Assembly (NCBI GenBank): GCA_036525185.1
Contig: DATDAW010000002.1
Location: 72,856 to 136,855 of the forward strand
DNA: 64,000 nt
Reading direction: 5' to 3'
Source: Chthoniobacterales bacterium
GTDB lineage: Bacteria > Verrucomicrobiota > Verrucomicrobiia > Chthoniobacterales > DASVRZ01
Below, one piece after another: positions 19,267-28,482 of this stretch. A model generated the notes under the pieces. It did no database searches. It saw nothing but the letters and a program-made list of their open reading frames with translations, and was not told the origin of the DNA. Position 1 is the first letter of the stretch. Each line of letters begins with the position of its first letter. Position numbers and translations under genes: made by a program.

Positions 19267-20697
19267 TTACACGCTGGCGTGGTCGTGATTCGATCCATGA
19301 TCGACGGCTTTAATTTTACTTCGGCTGCGGAGGAAAATTGCAATCCCGACGGCGCCCGCGGCGAGAATGGTAAAAATGGTAATCGCGCCATGAAGTGTGG
19401 TGAAGAACGCGGGTTCTGGTTCGGGCGCCAGCGGCAATGGCGTGCGAAGCGGTTTTGGAGCGACGCTAGCGACAGGAGTCTCAGAAACCACAGGCGTTGC
19501 GGGAGCCGCGGAAGTCGCCCCGGGAATTGCTGCTGCCGGAGTTTCCGCGGCGGGGGTTTTAGTAGCCGGCTTCGGCGGTGCAGAAGCCACAGGAGTGGCT
19601 GAAGGCGAAGAGGTAGGCGTGGGTTTGGCGGCTTCTTGAGCGGCCGCCAGCGAAGCGGTGTTTTGCTTGATCATTTCATTCGCCGGCCAATGCGCGGACG
19701 CGGCGGCGAATTGTTTCTCGGCACCTTTGACATCGCCGCTTTTAAGCAACGAGCGGCCTTCAATGGATTCCTGGATCGAAGCGAGCATGTCGCCGGTTTT
19801 CATCTGTGCGAGACGCGTTGCCTCGGAGTCGACGGTTTTGGAAAGATCGTCAAGGCTGCGTTTGCTGCGCGGATAAATGGGCGTCCAGACGATTCCGGCG
19901 CTTTTGGCAGCGTCGAGCGACTCCGCAACCTGCTTTTCCTCGGCTTTGACTGCGGCCAGGAGATCCGGTTTCTTGTAATCGGGCGTAATCGCAATGCCCT
20001 CCTGGCGTTCGGCGATGTCGCGCTTGTAAACGAGCGTGCGGTTTTCAATGGTTTTGCGCACGCCGGGGATCAACTTCTTCGCATACTCGACGGCTTCCGG
20101 GAAAACTTTGGAACCAGGATAGTTTTTTTCGAGTGTCGTGAATTGGTTGAGAGCACTGATGAAATCACCCTGCGCGGCGAATGCCTGCATTTGGGCGAGG
20201 AGAACGGCTGCGATGACGTTGTACCTGTCCTTTGCAACCTGACTCGCGGTAAACCACTGGTGGTTGAGTTTGAGCTCACCGACCTTCACCCGGTCCCGTT
20301 CGGCGATAAAGGCGTCGAGCGTCTTTTTGATGGTCGCGGCGTGTTCGCTATCGGGATATTTGTCTACGAACGGTTTTAATTTTCCGTAAATGATCGTTTC
20401 GTAGTCGCTTGCGGCCATGGAATTGGGCCCCAGTGTAATGCCTTTGATCGCGGCGTACGCAGTCACCGAGGGGTCGGTTTTCACGATTCCCTCGATGTCG
20501 GACTTTTGAAAAGTGCGGACGTCCGTGATGGAGGGAGTGATCTGAATTTCGGCGTCAAGGGATGCAACGGTTTCACTGATGACCCGCCCTTCAAATTTTT
20601 CGCCGGATTTAAGGACGATGGTATCGGCGAAAGAGAGGGAGGAAGACAGGATCAGGACACCGCCGACCCTGGTTAAGCTTCTGGGGGAGAGGGGCAT
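19267..20697 (-). CDS. hypothetical secreted protein with PT-rich stalk and C-terminal membrane anchor
   Basis: 476 aa; signal-like N-terminus (VGGVLILSSSLSFA), helical middle, about 70 aa P/T/A-rich (PTPTSSPSATPVASAPPKPATKTPAAETP...), TM AITIFTILAAGAVGIAIFL, basic tail. Confidence 0.7.
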   Translation of the reverse strand: MPLSPRSLTRVGGVLILSSSLSFADTIVLKSGEKFEGRVISETVASLDAEIQITPSITDVRTFQKSDIEGIVKTDPSVTAYAAIKGITLGPNSMAASDYETIIYGKLKPFVDKYPDSEHAATIKKTLDAFIAERDRVKVGELKLNHQWFTASQVAKDRYNVIAAVLLAQMQAFAAQGDFISALNQFTTLEKNYPGSKVFPEAVEYAKKLIPGVRKTIENRTLVYKRDIAERQEGIAITPDYKKPDLLAAVKAEEKQVAESLDAAKSAGIVWTPIYPRSKRSLDDLSKTVDSEATRLAQMKTGDMLASIQESIEGRSLLKSGDVKGAEKQFAAASAHWPANEMIKQNTASLAAAQEAAKPTPTSSPSATPVASAPPKPATKTPAAETPAAAIPGATSAAPATPVVSETPVASVAPKPLRTPLPLAPEPEPAFFTTLHGAITIFTILAAGAVGIAIFLRSRSKIKAVDHGSNHDHASV

Positions 20698-20841
20698 GGC
20701 AGTTGGTAGATAAGCACAAAGGGTGGGGAAGAAAAGAAATTTTGGCCGACGGGTTGACGGTCATTGATGGAAAGTTTTCCCTGAACCTGCGTGAGATTCG
20801 TCGAAAATTGACGGTGGAAATCTCTAGTTGGAGCGTTATGG

Positions 20842-21399
20842 GTGCTCATTAAACCGATGGAAGGACCGACCGCCAGTGACTACGACGAGAAGCTCCGCGA
20901 GATGGGCAATTATCTCTGGGAACTCGACCAGGAAGGCGATATTGCTCACCAGGAAGGCGACGAATTCCGGCTCGGGGAGATCGAGAAAAAGATTCAGCGC
21001 ATCGCTGCCAGGGCCGCACATTTTCGCGACGTGGACGGCCCCCACAGGCTGTTGGCCGGATTGGTCAATGGGCTGGCGTTGAGAATGTTGCAACGGTGGG
21101 AGGACGCGGCCCAGTCGCTTCTGGATGTGCTCGAAGAGAATCCCGAAAACGGCGAAGCCTGGCTCGAACTGACATGGTGTTTGAGCGAGATGGGTAAATG
21201 GCACGATGCCGAACTTGCGGCGCGCAAAGGCACGGAATTCTTTCCGGATATTTCAGGCGCGTGGGGAAACTTGGCGCAGGTGCTGCTGCGGCTCGGCAAG
21301 CGGGATGAGGCACGCGAAGTTCTGGAAAAAGCGATCCATCTCGACCCGAAGGATCGCCGGAATCACGATTTGATGCGTCAGGCGCAGGAGGAAGCGTGA
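20842..21399 (+). CDS. TPR-repeat protein
   Basis: 185 aa (GTG 20842 or ATG 20857); GEAWLELTWCLSEMGKWHDAELAARKGTEFFPD, SGAWGNLAQVLLRLGKRDEAREVLEKAIHLDPKD. Confidence 0.7.
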   Translation: MLIKPMEGPTASDYDEKLREMGNYLWELDQEGDIAHQEGDEFRLGEIEKKIQRIAARAAHFRDVDGPHRLLAGLVNGLALRMLQRWEDAAQSLLDVLEENPENGEAWLELTWCLSEMGKWHDAELAARKGTEFFPDISGAWGNLAQVLLRLGKRDEAREVLEKAIHLDPKDRRNHDLMRQAQEEA

Positions 21400-21423
21400 C
21401 AGGTGCCTCTGAGCGGACGCGAT

Positions 21424-21708
21424 TCAATACTCACGCTCCAGCTCCAAACGCGGAGCGTCATTCCACAGGGTTTCCAGGTCGTAAAACTCCCGTTTGTCCG
21501 TATGGAAAACATGGACGATCACCTGTGCGTAGTCGATGATGACCCATTGGCTGGCAGGATAGCCGTCGACGGCAATCGGAGATAGGCCGGTTTCCTCGCG
21601 AATACCTTCCCGGATACCGCTGACAATAGCCTTCAAATGCGGTTCCGATGTTCCCGAGCAGATGACGAAATAGTCGGTAAACGTTGAGATACCGCCCAAG
21701 TCCAGCAC
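21424..21708 (-). CDS. rsfS: ribosome silencing factor RsfS (annotated from first canonical start; probably longer)
   Basis: TDYFVICSGTSEPHLKAIVSGI, VIVHVFHTDKREFYDLETLW; conserved N-terminal helix lies upstream of GTG 21708 with no canonical start (see findings). Confidence 0.8.
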   Translation of the reverse strand: MLDLGGISTFTDYFVICSGTSEPHLKAIVSGIREGIREETGLSPIAVDGYPASQWVIIDYAQVIVHVFHTDKREFYDLETLWNDAPRLELEREY

Positions 21709-21766
21709 AACAATGTCTTCCGCCTTTTTGTCGGCAGCGAGGCGGGCACTGGCGCGGGCCAGTTGT

Positions 21767-22354
21767 TCAGGGGTCGTTGATGAGGCGATGACGGGGCTCC
21801 AGGTAAAGCTGTTTTTCGTGAATCAAGTCGGCGACTCGATGATGCACCAGATAACGAATCGATAGTCCTTTGGCAACTCGGTTTCGGATTTCTGTGGATG
21901 AAATGTCAAAGGTCCGGGTGATGTTTGGCGGTGCAAGCTCGGAATCCGACGAACTCCTGCGCCCAAAAACCACAAGGGTCACGTTCTTTAGCAAATCGTC
22001 CACACGCCGCCATGTGTGCAGCGCCGTCCAGTTGTCCTGGCCGATAAAATAGAAAAGCTGCGCCCCTGGAAAACGTTTCCGGTAGACCTCGACGGTTTCC
22101 ACTGCGTAGGAAGGGCCATTACGATGCAGTTCCAGATCGTCCGTTTCAAAACCCGGCTCGTTTTCAATGGACAGGCGAATCATTTCCATCCGCAGTTCCG
22201 GCGGAGAAGGTTGCGTCTCCAATTTGTGCGGCGAGAGGGAGGCTGGAATAAAGACCACCCGGTCCAGTTCCAATTTTTCAAGCGCCTCGCGTCCGAGGAT
22301 GAGATGTCCGTGATGGATAGGGTCAAATGTGCCGCCGTAGAGACCGATTTTCAC
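21767..22354 (-). CDS. nadD: nicotinate-nucleotide adenylyltransferase
   Basis: GTG start; MKIGLYGGTFDPIHHGHL, ISSTEIR. Confidence 0.9.
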   Translation of the reverse strand: MKIGLYGGTFDPIHHGHLILGREALEKLELDRVVFIPASLSPHKLETQPSPPELRMEMIRLSIENEPGFETDDLELHRNGPSYAVETVEVYRKRFPGAQLFYFIGQDNWTALHTWRRVDDLLKNVTLVVFGRRSSSDSELAPPNITRTFDISSTEIRNRVAKGLSIRYLVHHRVADLIHEKQLYLEPRHRLINDP

Positions 22355-22539
22355 AAGTTGTTGTGGCTCAGTAGAGCAAATAGCGCTGCCATTCCGAGCG
22401 GAAATGCTTCAAATTTGTGCGTTGGAACATATCCCGGCATGGAGTCGCTACGGCTCATGGAGGCGCGCATCACACGAGCGTTGGAGACGCCGATCGCGGC
22501 AAAAAACATCGCCAGCACGGCGACGAACCGGGTAAACAT
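22351..22539 (-). CDS. possible small membrane protein (62 aa)
   Basis: Stop overlaps the nadD GTG start (GTGA); two hydrophobic stretches FVAVLAMFFAAIGV and FPLGMAALFALL; no family recognised. Confidence 0.35.
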   Translation of the reverse strand: MFTRFVAVLAMFFAAIGVSNARVMRASMSRSDSMPGYVPTHKFEAFPLGMAALFALLSHNNL

Positions 22540-22550
22540 GCGTCCACCGT

Positions 22551-23651
22551 ATGAAACCCGCTCTGCTCGGTCAACTGCTCCTCTCCGGCGTCCCCGGAAC
22601 CGTTCTCGATCCCGCTACCGCCGATCTTTTTCGTCATATCCAGCCGGGTGGCTTTATTCTTTTCGGACGCAACATTCAGTCCGCGAGGCAGTTGCGAAAA
22701 CTCATCGACGATCTCCGCGATTTGTCCGCCATCGAACCCATCATCACCATCGACCAGGAAGGTGGACGCGTCTCGCGCCTGAAGCTGATCGGAAACGAAC
22801 CCCCGAATGCCGTTCAGCTTCGGGATACAGAGAACCTGGAGCTGATCGGCCGGCACGGCTCGATTACGGGCAGGCTTTTGCGTCTTTTTGGGTTCAACCT
22901 TGATTTGTGTCCAGTGCTTGACATTTCTTTCGATGACGAAGCAGACAACTCCCTGCGCGGTCGTTGTTACGGACATACGGTTGCCGAAGTCATCGCCAAG
23001 GCCGGCGCCTTTAACGATGCAATGCGCGCCGAAGGTGTTGCCAGTTGCGGCAAACACTTTCCCGGATACGCCGCTGCAGAGGTCGATCCACATCATGATT
23101 TACCGGTGATCAATCGGTCACGCGCGGAGCTGGAGGCGACGGAACTCGCGATTTTTAAGCATTTTGCGCCGGAGGTGGATTCCATGATGGTCTCTCATGC
23201 GTTCTATCCGGCCATCGACTCCGAGAAGTTGCCTGCGTCGCTTTCGCCGAGAACCATTCAGGGCATCCTGCGTGGCGAACATGGTTTTCGCGGATTGATC
23301 ATGACCGACGATCTCGATATGGGCGCGATTTTGAATGAGTTCGGCCTTGAGGAAACCATCCACCGATGCCTTGGCGCCGGGAACGATCTCGCCATGATTT
23401 GCCACCGCCTTGAAGCTGTCGGAGAAGCGAGCCGGATTTTGGAAAACGTCGACCCGACTGTGCTCGATCGTGCGTTGGCCAGCGTCGCGAAATTCAAAGA
23501 GCACCTCGTCCCGCCCGACGCATTTTCGATCGAAGCGCATCAGGCTCTCGATGCGGAAGTTTGGCAGCTACGGGTGGACACACTCGGCCCCGAAGGCGCC
23601 GCGTTACGCAGTCCCGAAGATGGAAAGCGTTCTCCTGTGGAGACTTACTGA
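22551..23651 (+). CDS. nagZ: beta-N-acetylhexosaminidase (GH3)
   Basis: ITIDQEGGRVSRL, GKHFPGYAAAEVDPHHDLP, IMTDDLDMGAI. Confidence 0.85.
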   Translation: MKPALLGQLLLSGVPGTVLDPATADLFRHIQPGGFILFGRNIQSARQLRKLIDDLRDLSAIEPIITIDQEGGRVSRLKLIGNEPPNAVQLRDTENLELIGRHGSITGRLLRLFGFNLDLCPVLDISFDDEADNSLRGRCYGHTVAEVIAKAGAFNDAMRAEGVASCGKHFPGYAAAEVDPHHDLPVINRSRAELEATELAIFKHFAPEVDSMMVSHAFYPAIDSEKLPASLSPRTIQGILRGEHGFRGLIMTDDLDMGAILNEFGLEETIHRCLGAGNDLAMICHRLEAVGEASRILENVDPTVLDRALASVAKFKEHLVPPDAFSIEAHQALDAEVWQLRVDTLGPEGAALRSPEDGKRSPVETY

Positions 23652-23680
23652 ACTTCCAGCAAGCTGCCGAAAGGCCTTCG

Positions 23681-23839
23681 CTACACTGCTGTCCGCTGGT
23701 AAATGGAGTCGAGGGTGATCGAGAAATCCAATTCGGAAATCGCCCCGGCCAGATATTCGTGGCGGACTTCACTTAAAAGTTCGCTTTCCAGATATTCGTC
23801 CGGGCTGATCCAGCGGGAAGTTTCGCGCGCTGCGGTCAT
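23681..23839 (-). pseudogene. remnant of a Uma2-family (DUF820) endonuclease gene, N-terminal ~35 codons recognisable
   Basis: Own translation from ATG rc 23837-23839: MTAARETSRWISPDEYLESELLSEVRHEYLAGAI then unrelated sequence to TAG (rc 23681-23683). Uma2 proteins start ..W(T/S)xxEYLxxExxSExRHEYxxGEI and are about 190 aa. Confidence 0.55.
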
Positions 23840-23849
23840 CGCTTTGAGT

Positions 23850-23870
23850 GTAGCGGCGCGCCGCCGCTAC
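23850..23870. repeat. perfect 9-bp stem / 3-nt loop hairpin carrying the TGTAGCGGCG repeat core
   Basis: GTAGCGGCG cgc CGCCGCTAC, located 22 nt past the lrp stop; no T-run. Confidence 0.7.
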
Positions 23871-23891
23871 TGTCAATTTGCGCCGACGCCT

Positions 23892-24377
23892 TTACGGCGC
23901 GACGGCCAGCCTTCCGCTGGCAGCCTCTTTGCGGGCCAGAATGCCGTTCGATTTGTAGGTTTTCAGCCGGAAACTGGTTGCCGTGCTCAGCACACCTTCA
24001 ATGGTGGAAAGCTTCTCGGTCACAAACATTGCGATCTCGCGCAGGTCATTCCCTTCGACAACGACCATCAAATCGTAGCCGCCGCTCATTAGATAACAGC
24101 TTCGCACTTGTTGAAACTGCGAAATCCGGTCTGCAAGTCGGTCGAAACCGCCGCCCCGCTCCGGGGTAATCCGCACTTCGATGACGGCGGTTACATTCTT
24201 TGAATCGGCTCGTTCCTCATCCAGGATCGCCTGATAGCCCAAAATGATGCCGTCTTTCTCGAGCTCCGCGATGCGTTGAGTGACCTCCGCCACGGTCGAA
24301 TTCAATTGCCGGGCAATGTCGTCCTTCGACGCATGGGCGTTTTCCTGCAAAATGTCCAGAAGCTTGGAGTCGTTCAT
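23892..24377 (-). CDS. Lrp/AsnC-family transcriptional regulator
   Basis: 161 aa; LDILQENAHASKDDIARQLNSTVAEVTQRIAELEKDGII HTH plus RAM-like C-domain. Confidence 0.85.
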   Translation of the reverse strand: MNDSKLLDILQENAHASKDDIARQLNSTVAEVTQRIAELEKDGIILGYQAILDEERADSKNVTAVIEVRITPERGGGFDRLADRISQFQQVRSCYLMSGGYDLMVVVEGNDLREIAMFVTEKLSTIEGVLSTATSFRLKTYKSNGILARKEAASGRLAVAP

Positions 24378-24452
24378 TAAGGAGCCCTAAGTTTGTAAGT
24401 CTGATAAATCTTAAGCAGAGATCGTGGCACGGAGAGACACCGTTGTTGGCTG

Positions 24453-24490
24453 AAAGTCTTACGAGTTACCAACTGAAGAGTTAAGACTTT
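24453..24490 (-). terminator. hairpin immediately after the pfk stop (weak terminator candidate)
   Basis: AAAGTCTTA (24453-24461) pairs with TAAGACTTT (24482-24490), 9 bp, 20-nt loop; only a short U stretch. Confidence 0.3.
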
Positions 24491-25579
24491 TTACGGCGTC
24501 TTATCTCCAAACGATATATCGACCGCCTTGGCCATCTGTACCATTTGATGATTGGGGGCAACGGTTCGGAGCCGGTTGACGGCATCGGAAATGGGAACGT
24601 CGAGGACTTCGTAGTTTTGATAGGAAACCATGCGGCCAAATTTGGATTCGGCGATCATTTCCACGGCATGAACACCGAAACGCGTTCCCAAAATTCGATC
24701 CAGCGTCGTGGGTGCGCCACCGCGCTGCAGATGGCCCAGCACACACGTCCGCGTTTCTTTGCCTGTGCGTTCGGCGATTTCGCGAGCGACCCGTTCGCCG
24801 ATACCCCCAAGACGATGTTCGCCGGCCTGTGCTTCGGCGAAGATGGGCCGGCCATCCTTGGGACACGCGCCTTCAGAAACGACAATCATCGTGCTGAGGC
24901 AACCTTCGGTTTCGCGTTTGCGGACCACTTCGGCAACGTGTTCGTATTCGAAAGGTATTTCCGGGATAAGAATAATGTCCGCCCCGCCCGCGAGACCGCC
25001 GTAAAGCCCGATCCAACCGGCATGACGTCCCATTACTTCGAGGACCATTACGCGTCGGTGACTCGAAGCCGTGGTGTGCAAGCGATCAAGCGCATCCGCA
25101 ACACACGCAACCGCGGAGTCGAAACCGAATGTCATAGCCGTTGCTTCCAGATCATTGTCGATAGTCTTCGGGACGCCGATCATGGGAAACCCTTCTTCGA
25201 ACAGCTGAAGCGCCGTCGTAAGTGAGCCATCGCCGCCAATGGCGATGATGGCTTCCAGCTTCAAATCGGCAACCGTTTGACGTGCATGAGCGATGACTTC
25301 CTCGGGGACGGCCATTTTGTTTCCCATACCGACTTTGGTGACGAAATGCCCTCGGTTGGTCGTGCCGATAATCGTGCCGCCCAAGTGCATGATGCCGGCC
25401 GTCGTTTTGCGATTGAGTTCCATCGTGCGGACCGGCGGGAGCATGCCTTCGTAGCCGTCGATAAAACCAAGGACCTCCCAGTTTAAACGTTCCGCGGCCC
25501 GAACAACGCCACGAAGGACGGCGTTCAATCCGGGACAGTCGCCGCCGCTCGTCAGGACTCCGATGCGCTTGGTTGTCAT
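24491..25579 (-). CDS. pfkA: 6-phosphofructokinase (PfkA family; ATP or PPi type not decided)
   Basis: IGVLTSGGDCPGLNAVLRGVV, IAIGGDGS, GVPKTIDNDL, MGRHAGW. Confidence 0.9.
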   Translation of the reverse strand: MTTKRIGVLTSGGDCPGLNAVLRGVVRAAERLNWEVLGFIDGYEGMLPPVRTMELNRKTTAGIMHLGGTIIGTTNRGHFVTKVGMGNKMAVPEEVIAHARQTVADLKLEAIIAIGGDGSLTTALQLFEEGFPMIGVPKTIDNDLEATAMTFGFDSAVACVADALDRLHTTASSHRRVMVLEVMGRHAGWIGLYGGLAGGADIILIPEIPFEYEHVAEVVRKRETEGCLSTMIVVSEGACPKDGRPIFAEAQAGEHRLGGIGERVAREIAERTGKETRTCVLGHLQRGGAPTTLDRILGTRFGVHAVEMIAESKFGRMVSYQNYEVLDVPISDAVNRLRTVAPNHQMVQMAKAVDISFGDKTP

Positions 25580-25593
25580 TCGAGGCGTAGATT

Positions 25594-26550
25594 CTATTGG
25601 TTCGTTTTAATCCGGCCCGCTGCAGCCCAGTTGCGCTCGAGCTGCCAGGCCCGGCCCAGTAGCTGCTGTCCGGCGAAAAAACGGTCGCTGGCGCCGAGGA
25701 TCACCACGCTTACCCGTCTCGGAGTCACGTAGACTCTCCCGTTAATCTCCCGCGATTCCGGTGCCTGCGACGACGATATGATGAGGCAATCACCCGCATT
25801 AGCCGTACGACCGGTTTTGACGCCGTCCACGCCTCCGGAGCCTAGAAGCTCGTTCGTATTTCGAAGAAGGTACTGCATTTGCTCGAGATTGCGGACGATA
25901 GTAATCTTCCGTTCTTTTTGTGAAACGTAAAATTGGAACCCTTTGTCGGCCATAGCGTATTTCGTGAGTTTCGCCAGGTCGTCCGAGGTCGAATAAGGGA
26001 GTGCGCCTTCACTTGGCTCCATACCCGTGGGATTTAGAAAAAGCGTGCGCTCCATGCCAAGCCGCCGGGCAAGAGCGTTCATTTGCGCGACAAACGAGTC
26101 CACGGCACTCAGATCGTTGGTTCGGATCGTTTGCCCGATATGGGCTGCAATCGCGTACGAGGCGATGTTATCGGACTGCAAGAGAGCGCAATAGATCAGG
26201 TCTCTCAAAGAAACGGCGTCGCCAGGATAAAGTCCGACGGGATTCACGCCTCCGACTCGCGCAGCTCCGGGCGGGATAACGATCCACTGAGACAAGTCGA
26301 CGTTGCGCGTCTTTGCCCAGTCGAGGGCGATTTTGGCAGTGGCGATTTTGGTCAGACTGGCGATCTGACGTTTCTTCTGACCATTGAACGACTCCAGGAT
26401 GGCGCCGGATTCGTTGTCAATAATCGTGTAAGCGCTTGTGCCGTAGGTATTTTCGTTGTCCCGACTGATTGCTGGAAAAACGGTGGCGAATGAGAAAGCG
26501 ATACATCCCAGCAGACAGACAAACCGAATTCGACGGGAAAAAGTGAGCAT
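25594..26550 (-). CDS. D-alanyl-D-alanine carboxypeptidase (PBP5/6-type serine peptidase S11)
   Basis: ORF 25594..26598; ATG rc 26548-26550 gives MLTFSRRIRFVCLLGCIAFSFA; SLTK (SxxK), SDN (SxN), KTGRT (KTG). Confidence 0.85.
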   Translation of the reverse strand: MLTFSRRIRFVCLLGCIAFSFATVFPAISRDNENTYGTSAYTIIDNESGAILESFNGQKKRQIASLTKIATAKIALDWAKTRNVDLSQWIVIPPGAARVGGVNPVGLYPGDAVSLRDLIYCALLQSDNIASYAIAAHIGQTIRTNDLSAVDSFVAQMNALARRLGMERTLFLNPTGMEPSEGALPYSTSDDLAKLTKYAMADKGFQFYVSQKERKITIVRNLEQMQYLLRNTNELLGSGGVDGVKTGRTANAGDCLIISSSQAPESREINGRVYVTPRRVSVVILGASDRFFAGQQLLGRAWQLERNWAAAGRIKTNQ

Positions 26551-26620
26551 GTGTGGCAAAAACTCGGCACAGTTTATGACACGTTTTCCGCTTGGCAACG
26601 AGAAAGCCTAAGCCTGCCAA

Positions 26621-26986
26621 TTACTCCACGGAAGCCTTGGGAATGGAGTAAGGATCGCCCGTTTTCAATGCGTTATAAGTCTGTTCATCGATCCAGACGT
26701 TATAAATTTCGCCATCGGATTGACCGCGGACTTTGATGAGCCAGACGCCCTTTCTATTCGTCGCCCGCAGGCCACCCGAGCCGATCGTGATTTGACGCTC
26801 TTCCTGCGGAATGAATTTCTTCTCAACGATGACGCCGTCGATACTCGAAGAAATGGCGCCGGTGCCGAGATTGGATACTCCGTAAATGATTGCGGCCAAA
26901 ATGACTGCTCCGGCGGCGATGGCGAGCCAAAGCTCGCGCTTATGCATCTCGGGGATGACAACGCGACTTTTCTCTGGCGGGTTCAC
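26621..26986 (-). CDS. hypothetical single-pass membrane protein (121 aa)
   Basis: TM LWLAIAAGAVILAAIIYGV; start overlaps AI-2E gene stop by 4 nt; no family recognised. Confidence 0.55.
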   Translation of the reverse strand: MNPPEKSRVVIPEMHKRELWLAIAAGAVILAAIIYGVSNLGTGAISSSIDGVIVEKKFIPQEERQITIGSGGLRATNRKGVWLIKVRGQSDGEIYNVWIDEQTYNALKTGDPYSIPKASVE

Positions 26987-28263
26987 GGGCCGTTAACAGG
27001 AACGAGAGAATCATCCTTTGCGGGTTTCAGCCAGACGTAGCGGGTGAGCAACACTTTCAACGTCGCTGTCAGCGGGATGGCAAGAATGGCGCCAAGCAGA
27101 CCGCCCAGCAAAAGGCTCCATGCAAATACCGAAATGATGATCGTCATGGGATGCAAGCCGACGCTGTCGCCGACGATCTTTGGAGAGATGAAAATGCCTT
27201 CGATCTGCTGCACGGCGATGAAGATGACCGTGACCGCAACGGGATGTTGCCAGTCCTTGAACTCGATCGCGGCAATGATCACCGCCGGCAGCCAGCACAA
27301 AATGATGCCGAGATAGGGGATGATACAGAGGAAACACACCATCAACCCGATAAGCAGCGCAAACGGCAGGCCCATGATAATCAGAGCTGTTCCCGTGAGA
27401 ATGCCGTCGATGATGCTTACGAGCAGTTGTCCCCGGAAAAAAGCGATGAGATATCCATTAATCTCCTCGATGACGACGACGACTTCGTCCTTGAATCGCG
27501 ACGCCCGCAGCGGCAGGTATCCGCTCCAATTCTCAGCAATATTATCGGCGTCTTTCAGGAAGAAAAACAGGTAAACGGGGACGATGAAAAGCCCGACGAT
27601 AAAGCCAAAAACGCCCAAAAATCCGCCGATGCTGCCTTGAACGATTTGCCATGCTTTTGCAGAAACGGCAGGAATTTGGTCCTGAAGCCATTTCTGTGCT
27701 TCGGGACCGAAAAGGACATTCATCGGGTCCGTAACTGCGGGGGCTGGTTCGAGCTGCGGCAGTCCGGACTCCGGAGTGGCCCCGGGCACGGGCGTGGACA
27801 GGGAAAGGGGGGTGGGTGATGGCGGAGGCGTCTCCTTGTGCTCGCGTTTAAAGGGTCCCCAATCCGGGAGCCGCGGCGCGTATTTCCGGGCATTGTCCTC
27901 GATCAGCACGCGCACTTTCGAGACGATGCCTGGAACGTCTTTGCCGAAACGCACACTCTGATCGTAAATCGCGGGAACGACCCAGATAAGAATGCCCGTA
28001 ATCGCCATAATGAACACTGCGAAAACGATAATCACCGACGGCACGCGCGGGATTTTCCGTTGGACAAGCCAGGCGACGAGCGGCTCCATGAGATAGGCAA
28101 GCACGCCTGCCACTGCGACGGGCAGGAGTAACGGCTGGAGAAACGAGAGCGTCTTGCCTGTGAGATAGATCACCAGCACGACGAGGCCCGCGATAACGAG
28201 TAAGGAAAGACCAGTGATGGCGGTCCAAAGCGTTCGTTTTTGCCAGGGCGTTGGTATTTGCAT
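26983..28263 (-). CDS. AI-2E family transporter (PerM/UPF0118)
   Basis: ORF 26983..28341; ATG rc 28261-28263 gives MQIPTPWQKRTLWTAITGLSLLVIAG; multi-TM; C-terminal GLHPMTIIISVFAWSLLLGGLLGAILAIPLTA; P-rich loop insertion KETPPPSPTPLSLSTPVPG. Confidence 0.85.
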   Translation of the reverse strand: MQIPTPWQKRTLWTAITGLSLLVIAGLVVLVIYLTGKTLSFLQPLLLPVAVAGVLAYLMEPLVAWLVQRKIPRVPSVIIVFAVFIMAITGILIWVVPAIYDQSVRFGKDVPGIVSKVRVLIEDNARKYAPRLPDWGPFKREHKETPPPSPTPLSLSTPVPGATPESGLPQLEPAPAVTDPMNVLFGPEAQKWLQDQIPAVSAKAWQIVQGSIGGFLGVFGFIVGLFIVPVYLFFFLKDADNIAENWSGYLPLRASRFKDEVVVVIEEINGYLIAFFRGQLLVSIIDGILTGTALIIMGLPFALLIGLMVCFLCIIPYLGIILCWLPAVIIAAIEFKDWQHPVAVTVIFIAVQQIEGIFISPKIVGDSVGLHPMTIIISVFAWSLLLGGLLGAILAIPLTATLKVLLTRYVWLKPAKDDSLVPVNGP

Positions 28264-28482
28264 CAAGAATCGGGATCGCACGGAGCATATAGAGGGAATG
28301 TGCGGTTTCAGCAACCTCCGCGTTAACCGCACAGCCTGCACCTGGCTTTTCGATAGCCATGGCGTCTTCCGGCCGAAAATAAGTGTTAATCTAGAACGAA
28401 ATCCGGGCGGTTGACGGCAAAAAATTCGCCATAGTCATCCCCTGCTAAGCGGTGACTCGTAACGCGAGTTCGGACAACGGGA

